A stretch of DNA of 63,640 nt, counting the filler, from Rhabdomonas costata (taxonomy: Eukaryota): NCBI GenBank assembly GCA_019059605.1. It is 32 parts of 32 records of this genome, joined end to end, with 100 filler letters (N's around TTAATTAATTAA, not from the genome) between each part and the next. Parts side by side here need not be neighbours in the genome. Positions count along the whole stretch, not along the records: positions 47,821 to 49,711 come from JAHMHO010007703.1; positions 49,812 to 51,702 come from JAHMHO010007704.1; positions 51,803 to 53,693 come from JAHMHO010007705.1; positions 53,794 to 55,681 come from JAHMHO010007706.1; positions 55,782 to 57,672 come from JAHMHO010007707.1; positions 57,773 to 59,663 come from JAHMHO010007708.1; positions 59,764 to 61,649 come from JAHMHO010007709.1; 25 more parts are not named here. One strand, given 5' to 3'. Below the pieces are notes generated by a model. The model ran no database searches. It saw only the letters and a program-made list of their open reading frames with translations, and was not told where the DNA came from. Shown piece after piece: positions 49,395 through 61,277 of the stretch (its first letter is position 1; every line of letters starts with the position of its first letter). The translations under genes were made by a program, and so were the position numbers.

Positions 49395-51802
49395 GTGTGC
49401 TCGTCGGCTCTTCCGTTGCTTTAGACTTCCACGTTGATCGTTTTTTCGACCCCGGTGGATGGATAAATCAATGTGATGAAATGTATGCATTCTTTTTTTT
49501 TGGAGGGGGAATCCAAATGTTTGTGTGGTACGCTAGAAATGTTTTTCGCTGTATCTTTAGGTGGAGGGAGATGCCCGCCCACGCTCTTTGCTCGACAGGG
49601 CCTCCTGGGAAAGTTCTTCTTCATCACTCTTTTGGAGTTTTCGAGGCCTGATCCAAAAGCGCAGGCGTTCATAGTCTCCCACGACTGCCCTGTCAAGGGC
49701 AACGACCCACCNNNNNNNNNNNNNNNNNNNNNNNNNNNNNNNNNNNNNNNNNNNNTTAATTAATTAANNNNNNNNNNNNNNNNNNNNNNNNNNNNNNNNN
49801 NNNNNNNNNNNCTCTGAAGTCGCCCCTTTGTAGCTGCCCTTGAGTCACTTGCCTTTCGGCCCGGTCAACGTCGGCCAGAACTTCACGACACCACCAAGAA
49901 GACCACCCCTGGCTCGACGTTTTTTCTCTGTGCGCATTTGTAGATTGTCAATAGCACATGTGTTTGCCGCGTTTAATCTGTATCTGTATCATGCGCAGCC
50001 AGTCAGTAACTGTGGAACCTTGGAGCTTATCGGGAACTAGGGGGTGTGCTCTATGCACCCCGCCCTTACACTCTTTCTTCATGCGCAACCATGCGCATAT
50101 GAGCCGGTGTGCCAAAGAATGCACAAATGCGAGGTGAGGTGTTGCGTTACCAATAATGTGGTGTGTGTGTGTGTGTGTGTGCTTGCGCCAGGCAACTTAT
50201 AACCCCAGCCAGGCACCTGCTGGCCCCGATGTTTCACAGGAGAATACTAGGGCCACAGTTGCCTTCACCCTTGCGCCTAATCGAGACCAGCGAGTAAGAC
50301 CGTAGATGTAGATTCGAGCCCGATTTTGGTGCCTGACAGCATCCCAGTGTTTATCCTTAATACCCAATTTGTGTGATTTTACCTGGGGCAAACGAAGAGG
50401 GGTGTGTGACCGTCTGTGCACGAATTTTGCTGAAAAGCCCACCGCCCCAGGTTGGCGCGAAAAGAAAGATGTGCTGCCCCCAGATCCGCACACCCACGCC
50501 CAAATCATTTGTATGCATCCGCACCTCTCAGTGCGCCATACGGTCGACCTGTGGATGTCGCTCGTAGAGCGGAGCAAGCAGAAGGGCTTCTGATGCAGCT
50601 GCTTCTACGGAGGAACAGCGGAGCCCCAGGCAAGAAGAAGGTGTGACGAGGTGTTTTTGTATTATTGTACTATACTGTTCCTCTTCTCTTTGTCTCTGTG
50701 CGGCTGCTGTGTGCAACTCCCCATGGTCCGAAACCTGCCCTTTAATGCAAGCTCCAAACCGAGCACCCACCTTCGCGCCTGCGTGGGCACGTGTGAGCTG
50801 AGCAAATCAAGTCCATGAGTTAACCGAGGGCAAGCATTTACACCTGGTTTGAGTATACCACCTGTGCAACCTTGTAAAAAAATCGTCCTCGACTTTGTCC
50901 CTGCAAGGAATAGGCAAGCATGGTAAGCTGCCTTCCTCCAGTGAAAACTTCCACGGAACTCTGTGCGATAGGAGCCTCAGTGAAGGAGAGGGCGGGATGA
51001 GTATGTATCGAGATTGGATTTCCAGGTTCACCAGTCTTGCAACTTACGAGATGAGCATAGTGCGGATGATTTGATTCATGGGCGGTTTGTGCTCGTTCCT
51101 GTTCAGGTGCCACCTCCACCCGCGGAAAACCCACCGCAGTCTGCTTCCCCGCCAGTGGAGGTGCACCACCCTGCGCAGACACCGCACTTCTTAGGCCGCA
51201 GGTGTAGATGATTGGCTTTGCTCGGCAGCAGGTTGTGACAGAGTAGCGAGGGAAGTGGCGAACAACCCCTCTAGCAACCTCAATCGCCGCTCCTGGGAGT
51301 TCTGGGAGTTGAAGTGTTTTCGGAGTATCCGTGAAGGAAGTAGCCCCCAGCACCACCCCAACCCTAATGAACACCAGCACGTACATACAAAAAAGTGCAC
51401 AGACATATCACGTCGATTTAACCAGAGCAATTGCTGGAAGCTACCTAAACCGTTGGCAAGGGTCAACTGTGGACGCGATTAATTAAAGGAGACCACAAAA
51501 TTGTAAACCATCTCAAACGGACATTCGGCTTCCGATGGACCCGGCCAATAAGCGGATGACTCCTTTTCGCGCCTCTTCGCACGTTCCTGCCCAGGTGCCA
51601 TCTCCACCTGAAAGCAATCCGTCGCAGTCTACTCCGCCGCCAGCGCCGGTGCAACCCCCAACACAGGTCTCACCATCGCCGCTCCTGGGAGTTCTGGGAG
51701 TTNNNNNNNNNNNNNNNNNNNNNNNNNNNNNNNNNNNNNNNNNNNNTTAATTAATTAANNNNNNNNNNNNNNNNNNNNNNNNNNNNNNNNNNNNNNNNNN
51801 NN

Positions 51803-53693
51803 GGGTGTGGACGTTTCACTTCATTGGAACTCTCTGGATGGTCTTTTATTGATAACCAGTTATTCGTGTCCACATAGAACACCTTCACAATGCCAATGAC
51901 TCCAGGTAGATACACTCGCGGTGCAATCTATCCACGTAAACCGGGCTGATGTGCTATTATTCATCTATTTCTGATCACTTGTTGTTACTCTTAAATTGTT
52001 CACTACAGTTTTTACACTCTATTCAGCATCGACATCAACTATCTAATTTACTTACAATCGCAAGTGTTGAACTTTGGACTCAAAAGAGTGTACTACGCTT
52101 CTCTTGCTGTACAAACGCTCTGCTGCGTTCGTATCAGTGTTCTTCCAGCAACACGCAAGCCGTTTCAAAATCTTTTGCGACCATGGAATGGTTGTGTAAT
52201 ACCACATCTACGTCCCGCACACTGGTCACTGGAATTCTGGCGGTTGTGCGCTTCCCTGTGCCTCTTTGGCAACAAGTCCTAATTGTATCGTCTCTCTCCA
52301 TTTGCTGTTTCTCTACGCCTTTGCTCTTGTTACTGGACAAACTGCGACACAGTGGATTACTTCATGCTGCATTAGAGATAATGGAAATTCGCACATGACT
52401 GGAGACTAGTATTGTTTCCTTGCGCCAGACTCTCACGACCGCAGTGCATGACACGCCACTAACGTTGGCATAATTGTCTTCATGACTTGTGGAAAAGTAG
52501 TCCTGGTATTGCTAACCGCTGGATTGTGACTAAGTCCTCTTTTATGGTACCTCGTCCATTCTGGATTCTACTGGTCAGCAGTGTGGCTCCATTTACTCCC
52601 AGTATTTCTACCACTGTAGCATCGTACGGTGAAACATCAGTTGGAACCTTGCATCCTTGGCACCGCGTGCAATTATTTAAGGTAATTCTTGGTTCACTTC
52701 ACCATATGGCATTGGTGTGTTGAGTGAATGTGAGTAGTAGCACTGGTTGACATCACCGGTTACTAAGTCCAAAACACTGCTGTTCATTTGCTCCACAGGT
52801 GGCCGCAGTTACCACTACAACCAAGACAGGTCATTAGCAGCTTATATGGTTGAGTTACCATGTGTCAATGCTGCCATGGTACGCATCACATTGCCAATAT
52901 CACTCCAGGTTGTGGTTTTAACTGTTGGAGTATTAGCTTCAACATCGTCAGCGTGGTGGTTTGAGCTGTTGGTGTGAGTAGTGATAGCTATGGTGTTAGA
53001 TGTACGCATAATTTTTGGTGCCATAACTTGCAATTCTATGCAAAGCTACCACTACCTGTAACCAGCAGCATCAAACTCACATGTTGAGTATTGTGCCTCA
53101 CCACAACGTTACGGCCATAGTATAGCGAGATACACCATTACTTGGAACCACTCGTGTGATCCACACACAAGTGGGAGCGTGATGTACGGTGGTGCTGGTG
53201 TGAGGCTTCGCGAGCTACCATACTATACAAGAATACGACTATACCTGAAACCACTCAAGATCCAATGCCCAACTGTGAGTGGACCACCACCCACAAGTGT
53301 TGACGAGATGTGCCATTATGCGGGTGTGGGCTGCGCGAGCCAGGCTAGATAGTGTTACGTGAAGTCCCCGTTTGCGGTGATAGGCTCTATGTTGGGTGTT
53401 GCAAAGGCAGCAAGATCAGAGACCAGAGTATACAAAGGTACCACTATATCATGAACCACTCAAGGACACAGGGTATGTGTACACCCCAACAAGTGGCGGC
53501 GATGTGTACCATGGCGCGTGTGTAGGGCTGCGCAAGCTGGGCTAGACAGAGCCAGTTGATGTATCGTCCACCTCACCCCAGGACTGTAACAATGGGCTGT
53601 ATTAGCCTATACCCCACAGGCTCTCCAAAGGCATACTGAATAGGGATATGGTTTTGTGTACTTGCGTCTGGTTTCTGCCATTTAGATTACGTC
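51803..53693 (-). mobile_element. Degraded transposable-element-like contig with three imperfect repeats of about 80-105 bp
   Basis: Lower GC, no microsatellites or exon-like blocks, and broken minus-strand frames. Repeats at about 53143-53220, 53246-53350 and 53451-53549 share AACCACTC...CAAGTG...GGCT.CGC.AGC. Confidence 0.35.
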
Positions 53694-53830
53694 NNNNNNN
53701 NNNNNNNNNNNNNNNNNNNNNNNNNNNNNNNNNNNNNTTAATTAATTAANNNNNNNNNNNNNNNNNNNNNNNNNNNNNNNNNNNNNNNNNNNNGGTTTTG
53801 GGGAGGCGGAAAGCCCCCGGAACCTAAAGA

Positions 53831-55481
53831 CAACAGCGAGCCCTGCCCCTTTTTTGCCTCGAACGTCACCACCGCAGGAGAAGCGATGGCAACTACGGAT
53901 AATCGTCCGTCGAAAAAACAGCCCGAATGAGCCGGCAAGGATCTGCAAGGATGCATAGTGTTGAATGAACACGGCATGCGCTTTATCGGCCCCCGGGAAA
54001 CCCGGCGGTCGCGGCTGCCTGGCCCGTTGAAAAGGGCGCGCGTCCCTTTGAGAAACCCAGCGGAACGCCGGAGAAGGGCGGACAACCGTGGGCAATAAAA
54101 CCGGAGGGTTTACCATCAAAGGTTCGAAGGTTGCCTGAGGTCGGGGCACACCGAAAGATCAAGGAGAGGTTTCCACCGGCAAAGCTCCCTCGGGGACTTT
54201 TCGTGGAATTCCCTCAACCGGGTCAACAAAACATCACATTGATACGGAACATGCTGGGTTGTGTCAACACTGGTCAACACTCGTCGGGGACCTTGAGGCT
54301 GGTCCAAACCTCTTCGACCGACATGCTCATGTTTTGATGAAGGAGGGGTGGCGAGAGACCTCGGGCGAAGCACGTACCAACCACACAAATACCTAGCCCG
54401 AGTGCCTCCCCCCAATGCCAGGCCACCTCGCGGACGGCTAAAACTTATGCGGCTAAATTTCATATTCTTTGTCTTTCGGAAACCCACCTAGAACCAATGC
54501 CGAAGTTGTCAAGGATCTCTCGGGTTGATGTGCACGTCAACTGATGTTCTGCATAACACCAGCACTGATTGGTGAAGGGTGCGAACCCGCCGTCAAAAAC
54601 ACTGTCTTCAAGCCAAAGAACTTTGCGGTCCCTGCCACTTCAAGTCCTCCTTGGCCTGAGCAAATCTAGGAGGTACATTGCACACCGACCCATAGGCATA
54701 CTCAATTGTCTTGCGGCTGTCGTGGGTAAGGTCAATCCGCGAGACCACACGCCACGCGGTCGGGGTGAACGTCCGCAGATAACTGGAAAAGCACACCAAA
54801 ACAAAACTGACACTTAAAAATACTCAGCTCTAAAAATTGTGATGAAGGTCGCAAAATACCGCAGAAGGGGAATGCCCGGAACAATGGTCATGAATACTAG
54901 CCCAGGTGATTGCCGCTCCAGGTCGTGAAACTTCTTTGTGCTCCGGTCATAAACCTAGTGGAGGCCCACCCAAAGGAAAACCATAACCACATCCAAGACA
55001 TAAAAAGGTGCACCAATGGGCAAAGACACATCGCCCGGCACACAACCGCCAGCATACTTCAAAGGTCTGCGGACAGAGTGGAGCATCCATAATAGCAGTA
55101 GAGGGAAGCAGATAAAGCAATCCAAATCGTCCACAGTTGGCAGGCCTTTGTGGAGTCTCCTCCGGGTACCATTTCAAAATCACCTCCGAGCGCTTCTTGT
55201 GGTCCAGTGCAATTTCCGCAAGCACCTTGTCATGCAAAGCAGCAGCGAGAGCTGCCATAACCTGAACGAAAGAGAAAGACCAAACAACTGATCAGTCAGC
55301 CGATGAAAAAGGGAGGGAACACACACACACAACAGCAAGCCCTGCCCCTTCTTTGCCTCGAACGTCACCACCGCAGGAGAAGCGATGGCAACTACGGATA
55401 ATCGTCCGTCGAAAAAAACAGCCCGAATGAGCCTGCAAGGATCTCTGCATGGTGTTGAATGAACACTGAATTCGCTTTATC
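53831..55481. repeat. Pair of about 155-bp direct repeats (53831-53987, 55330-55481)
   Basis: Near-identical core gcctcgaacgtcaccaccgcaggagaagcgatggcaactacggataatcgtccgtcg. Confidence 0.92.
55170..55261 (-). CDS. Exon of an unknown protein (VMAALAAALHDKVLAEIALDHKKRSEVILKW)
   Basis: Pyrimidine-rich acceptor ttcgttcAG and GTACCC donor. Confidence 0.45.
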
Positions 55482-55781
55482 AGGCATGAAAGCTTATAAT
55501 TTCAAAGCAGTTCTCTCTTCATGGTCCCTTGCAAACCTGAGCAACATGTATTAACTCCGACAGTCACTCCAACTCAAAAGCAGCTTCTTTGAGAAGGAAA
55601 CCTTTCCTTTCACCACAGACCAAGGGGGAAAAGCCTTTGTCAAAACGTCCATCTGGTCCAAAGGCACAAAGACACAACACANNNNNNNNNNNNNNNNNNN
55701 NNNNNNNNNNNNNNNNNNNNNNNNNTTAATTAATTAANNNNNNNNNNNNNNNNNNNNNNNNNNNNNNNNNNNNNNNNNNNN

Positions 55782-56660
55782 GTTTTTTGGGGTTAGCGAA
55801 CAGGTGGTTTTCGGCTAATCGTTTATAGACCTGACGCAGTGCGTACAGATGTTGGCCGAGGGTGTCAGTGAAAATAAGAACATCGTCAATATAGGCTCCT
55901 GCAAATTCACGAAGGTTGGAGAAAATGAGGTCCATGGTACGCTGGAATGTGGAGGGAGCGTTACAGAGGCCAAACGGCAAAACTCGGTAGTGATAGGTGC
56001 CGTATTTGGTTTTAAACGCAGTGCGCTCAATATGGTCAGGGTGGACTCGAATTTGATGGAATCCGGCGTGAAGATCGAGCTTATTAAAGGAACGCGCCTT
56101 CCCTACCTGATCGATCATTTCATCTATTCGAGGTAGGGGGTAGGCATCCACCTTTGTGATGGCATTGAGTGGCCCGTAGTCGACGCAAAGATGCAGTTTC
56201 CCGTTGGCTTTTGGGGCAAAGAGAATACCTGCCCCATAGGGTGAAACGGTCGGTTCAATAAATGCAAGGTCGAGGAGTTCCTTCAGTTGACGCTGCAACT
56301 CTTTGTCCTCGAGGGGTGACAGACGGTAGAGACGCTGTGCCGGTACCTTGGCATCTTCCCTTAGATCAATGCGATGGTCGGTATGTCGATATGGTTGGAG
56401 ACCAGACGGTAATTTATTGGGAAATATGGGATCAAACTCTCCGTTCACCTGTAGAACTTCCTCAGTGATCAGTGATTGGCGACGGGGTGGTCCACAGACC
56501 TCGTGATCGATGTTTTTGAGGTCCAACTGCATTTCGACAAAAAGGCGTGGGGACAATTTTCTGCGTCTCTTGGACTTAAGTTTACTTTCTGCCAAGCGAA
56601 TGATACGCTGCCTTTCAGCTCCTGAGACTTTTTCTGGTTCTACTTCGGAGGAGATTGCAA
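55782..56660 (-). mobile_element. Ty3/gypsy LTR-retrotransposon reverse transcriptase (chromovirus-like), truncated by the contig end
   Basis: DHRIDL, YRLSPLE, SPYGAGILF, LCVDY, YPLPRIDE, KLDLHAGFHQI, RTAFKT, PFGLCNAPSTFQ and YIDDVLIF. Confidence 0.97.
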
Positions 56661-56758
56661 AAAGCTAAACGTTCGGTTCGTTTCTCGGCGGGTAGGGCAC
56701 CAGTTTGCTCCTGAGACATAGGACATATGCGCTGGAAATACAGGGTATGGGCCGGCGC

Positions 56759-57151
56759 ATCGGTGGAGCCAAAGCCTTGGCATCCTAGGCCTGTCGTTGT
56801 AATCTCGGTGTGCTCAATTACTTCTGGGATTGCAATCTTCTCAAGGAGGAGCTGCGCCACGTTGTCTCCTATAGTAACGTTAAGGTCTTCGTCTGAGTGG
56901 TTAAAAATGACAACACCAATATTACCACGGTAGTCTGCATCGATCACTCCAGCTCCCACGGCAATGTGTCGAGTTGCAGCCAAGCCACTGCGCGGGGCTA
57001 TACGACCATAGGTACCAGGAGGTACCTCCATTACCACCTTTCCTCTCGCAGGGACGACCAAGTTGTTCGCACTCGCAAGGTCTTAGCCTGCCGCACCCAT
57101 TGTTTTGCGGCACTGTAGAACGGCCGCATTAGTCAACCTTTTTATCTTGAG
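56759..57151 (-). pseudogene. dut: Trimeric dUTPase domain within the retrotransposon polyprotein, interrupted by a stop at 57085-57083
   Basis: LKIKRL...GAAG*DL (motif 1, Tyr replaced by a stop), GRIAPRSGLA (2), GVIDADYRGNI (3), GDNVAQL (4) and GFGST (5), all in one frame. Confidence 0.95.
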
Positions 57152-57949
57152 TGGTACTGGCTGAACACCTGGTGAAGGCGTTGACATCTGGTGTTGTGGC
57201 AAATTTCCGTGTGAAGTCTTTGTTAGGGGAGAATTCGAAACAGTTTGTGCTGGAGTGCTATCCTTTGATGCGCGATATACTACAGTTGAAGTAACCCGCC
57301 AGTAGCCTTGAACGTTGGTCGAGGTTGCTGGGGAACCTGGGTCAAGGATTGTACTGGGTGTTTTCGCCACCATGGTGTCTGGTGTACCCTGGTATCCCGA
57401 GGATCCCGTTGCAGGAACTGAGTCGTTCGAGCTGTGCGTGGTGGTGTGACCAGAGTTCGGGGTCATCTGACGCGCCGTCACAAGCGACCCCACAAGTCTT
57501 CCGACAATGCGGAAAACATCGGTTTCCGGTAGTGCGGGGATTATTTAGGTGGTCTCTCTGCGAACAATCTGAACTTACCTACGTCTCCAGTCAACCAATG
57601 GCTGATATCGGTGGAGGAATATGTAGCCCATCACTACAGGAATGGGTCGCTATCACTACAAAAACACACCACNNNNNNNNNNNNNNNNNNNNNNNNNNNN
57701 NNNNNNNNNNNNNNNNTTAATTAATTAANNNNNNNNNNNNNNNNNNNNNNNNNNNNNNNNNNNNNNNNNNNNTAGGCCATTTTCGGTTGTTGTTTCGGAA
57801 AGGTGAGCAGGGAAGACATAGAGTGGTTGTTGGCGAAAAGTACGGCCGACGCAAAATGTTTGGGGGTGCTGCCGTAAAAACAATGACCCATACCTCACAA
57901 CCATACACAAGCGCCCACACCCACACCCACACACTCACTCGCACTGCCG

Positions 57950-59532
57950 TTACTGCACCCCGCTCACGGGTGGCAAGGAAAAACCATGGCTCTCGCAGGC
58001 CCGCTGGCTGAGGGCCCACAGCTCTGACGCCGCAGCGCGGTCCCGCGCCCGTGGCGAGCACCCCCGCGGTGCACAGCCGAAGACCAGCCTCTGTTCCCAC
58101 CACACCACTCCATCCATTCGTGCCCCTTCCCATTCAGAAGCATGTGAGGGCGAAAGTCTGCAGTGGCGACAGTAAACCACAGGGATACCGTGTGTAGGAT
58201 TGCCCCCCCCCCGGGTACCAGCACGAAAACTAACTGGGCCTCACACCAAAATGCAGGCATTCTCGATCGAAAACTCAGCACATGTCAATACGAAAAACAA
58301 AAAGGATAAAATGGACGGAATCTTGTATCGGGAGGCGAGAGGCCGTGGAGCAAGTGGTCGTAGGATTACTGTGATACTGCCCCGGCAACTCCAGCTTGAA
58401 AATTCTGTGGTTAATGGGTCTCGGGTCTGGCGTGACCGATGCTGGGCGTCGCCGAATCCCGCGGAAACAACCGCCACACATATTTTCTTCTCTCTTGTTT
58501 TCTTCTCATTTCCTTTCCTTTTCTTTCTTTTCCTTTGTTCCCGCCCGTCTTGGGACAGATGGGGTTGGGTGATTCAAATCGCCGGCGGTTGCTATACAAG
58601 GGCAGCGGGATTTGCAGGTACACGCCAAGGACCTGGACAATGGACGAGAGGTCCAGGGAAGGGGGGGCGCGGTACAGCTGAAGATGCTATGCGGACGCCC
58701 ACGTGGACAGCACAAACTGCCAACCGAACTTCTCAAATATATGCACAACCCCATGCAAACAAACACATCCACTCTATACACACCCCGATGATGAAGGCGT
58801 AGAGGAAGTGCAGCAGCAGCCCCACCGTGTACCCGATCCAACCCGGCGGTGCCCAAAGCGGCGCCCACCCCGCAAAAGGGCACACCAGCAGCAGCTCCAG
58901 ATCATCGGAGGACATATCGCCCTTGGTGGTCCAGTCGACCCGGGTGGAGGCCTCCAGGGTTGTCCTGCAGCCCTGCTCCGGGGATAGAGACAGGGAGCTC
59001 CGCAGGGCGTTCAGCGGGCTCAGGGGGTGGCGGTGGAAGAACCTCCAGATCTCCGTGTTCACCACCCCAGGGTCCGCGGCAAAGGCCTGCACCCAGATTC
59101 ATGAAAGTGGGGAGGGGCCACGCTTCTCATGCTTCACAATCAGCTCAGCACGCTTTGATTTGCACACACCTATCCACCCAAAACTTATAAACACCTCCCG
59201 GCGATCACACACTTCATACAACGCCCTAAACCCGGATAGTGGGAACCTGGAAATCCACCTCCGAGTGGCTGGAGGCGACCCTCCGCTGCAGCTCCGCGGC
59301 GTGCGCAATGGCAGCCATCTTAGAGATAGGGTAGCCCGCGAACTTGGTGGGGTGGTCGGGCTGACCGCACTGGAAGTACGAGGGGAGGTCCCCCCACGGC
59401 CCCCAGGTCAACCAGTGCATCACCGAGGAGAGGTTGACCACCCGCGAGGGCGCGCTGGCCAGCAGGGTGGGCAGCAGCAGCTGGGTCAGCAGGTAGTGGC
59501 CCAGGTAGTTCACCCCGAAGCACATCTCAAAG
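57950..59532 (-). CDS. Short-chain dehydrogenase/reductase (retinol dehydrogenase/WWOX-like), last three exons (59532-59259, 59086-58784, 58090-57950)
   Basis: FEMCFGVNYLGHYLLTQLLL, SRVVNLSS, catalytic YPISK (YxxxK), DPGVVNTEI and the C-terminal SPRARDRAAASELWALS. Confidence 0.9.
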
Positions 59533-59763
59533 CTACCCATCCACAAGCACCCCGAGATGCGCGAGTAAGAATGGCTGCCTTTTTTCGTAGCTGTGGGGGA
59601 GGCCTTCCAGAAGCATCCAACTATCCTCCTCTGCTCAGTCTCCGGACTGTACGCACAAAAACANNNNNNNNNNNNNNNNNNNNNNNNNNNNNNNNNNNNN
59701 NNNNNNNTTAATTAATTAANNNNNNNNNNNNNNNNNNNNNNNNNNNNNNNNNNNNNNNNNNNN

Positions 59764-60025
59764 TTTGTTGTGTTTGGTTGGGGGTTGCCTTCCAAAAGTG
59801 AAGTGAACTTTGCTGGCAGGATACGCGCTTTTGACAGCCCTTTTGCTTGCACCGCCAATGCGGTTTGCCACCAATGCGGTAATCCTCTGGTTCTGCAGCC
59901 ACTTCTCCGTCACAGCGGGGACATTTCGGCTCTCTGCGGCTGGAAATTCCATACTTTTCTGCGAATTTCCTCACCTTCTCTTCTTCGTTGCACAAATCGG
60001 AAAGGTCAAACAGGTAGGCACACAA
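59764..60025 (-). mobile_element. Merlin/IS1595(ISXO2)-like transposase N-terminal zinc-ribbon fragment
   Basis: KFAEKYGI...CPRCD...HWRCKQKGCQKRVS..SS..F fits the CxxC...WRCxxxxC...S pattern of Merlin transposases. The DDE domain is not in the contig. Confidence 0.65.
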
Positions 60026-60129
60026 GTAAATGTATGCCGAACATCCTTAACTTCGGGTGTGTTGTGTGCGCTTTTCTTCAGTTGCTGCTGTACCTGTTTG
60101 TTACTCCGTCTTCCTCGTCGGTGCACCAG

Positions 60130-61277
60130 GAGTTTGTGGTCGATCTTGACTACAGGTGTCCATTGCGCGCGCCTGCATGCCCCTCCCGCTGCATGCATTT
60201 TGTTTTGCAACACCAGTGATTACATTTTAACCCCACGTTTCGCAGTGCAACCAAAACTTGCTGGGGTGGACATGTTCTGACCTTTCTGACCTTACGGTTT
60301 GCGGGGACTGATGGACCCCACCACACACACACACACACACACCACATACACATACTGCTGGTCCGTTGACTTTGATTATGCTAGCAGGGGGGGCATGGTG
60401 CGAAATTAATTGCATATCAGCGGTTATTCATATCCAAGGGGTGGGAATGCGGTGTTGCACCTGAGACGCGTGGGTGTCTGCACCCAAAAAAATAGTGGTA
60501 TTTTTTGTTCAAAAGCTGCTCCAATTCAATGCAACCGAGCGCTTCTTCGTTTGCAATCTGACTCTGCGATGCTTCTCATCGGAAAAACAGGCACCCTTTC
60601 GAATGGAAATGTGGCTCCGGTAGCTCCATAGAAAGAATCTTGTCTTTGCTGGATCCAGGTTGGCACTTCCCAGTTACACGGTGTACCCCGAGGCTGTCGC
60701 GTCCGCGAACTATGATGTCTTTGTCCAGATGACAATGCCGGAAACTCTTCAGAATGAGCGGCACGGTGTGTTGCTGGGTACCGACACTGCAAACAACTTT
60801 TTTTTGCACTCTTGCTTGATTTCATTCGTCTTCCATTCTTTTGCACTGCGTTATGTCTTGAGAACTCTTTACTGACCTGTCCTTTCCCTGCTGAGGGGAG
60901 CATTAGCCTAGGCTTCCAACTGTGCGATGGTCGAATGCCATGTTTAAGGGTTTTTTTTTCGATTTGCATGTTTTTGTTTAAGGGTTAGGTTAAGAAAAAG
61001 AAAAGGCCCAAAAGGTGTATGAAAAGGGGAACTGCTCCTGGGGAAGCGGTCTGCTCTGTTGCCTGAGGATGCTCTTTGGACTGCACTGTGCTCTCTTTTG
61101 CGCAGGTATTGCATGCCTGCAGCTGGTAGCTCAGGCGAAGCAATCGCTGGAATTCAATCGGACGAAGTGTGTGATGCTGAACTATCGCAGCGCTCTGCTG
61201 AAGTTCATGCACACCGTCTACTATAGCTTTCCCTTTATATGGGGCCTCAAGAGGCTGGAGCAGACGAAACTTCTCCT
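60130..61277 (+). CDS. Seipin (BSCL2 family), three exons (60130-60155, 60659-60765, 61106-61277)
   Basis: YDVFVQMTMPETLQNERHG|I...CVMLNYRSALLKFMHT...EQTKLL matches seipin luminal-domain motifs (MPESxxN..G, LxYRSxLL, EQxQ). Phases are compatible. Confidence 0.8.

Noticed and set aside
56659-56663. Programmed ribosomal frameshift between dUTPase and RT
   Set aside because: No Ty1/Ty3 +1 signal or X XXY YYZ heptamer is present and the copy has other lesions, so an indel or deletion junction is more likely.
58827-59663. 294-aa plus-strand ORF
   Set aside because: It is the antisense shadow of the SDR exons.
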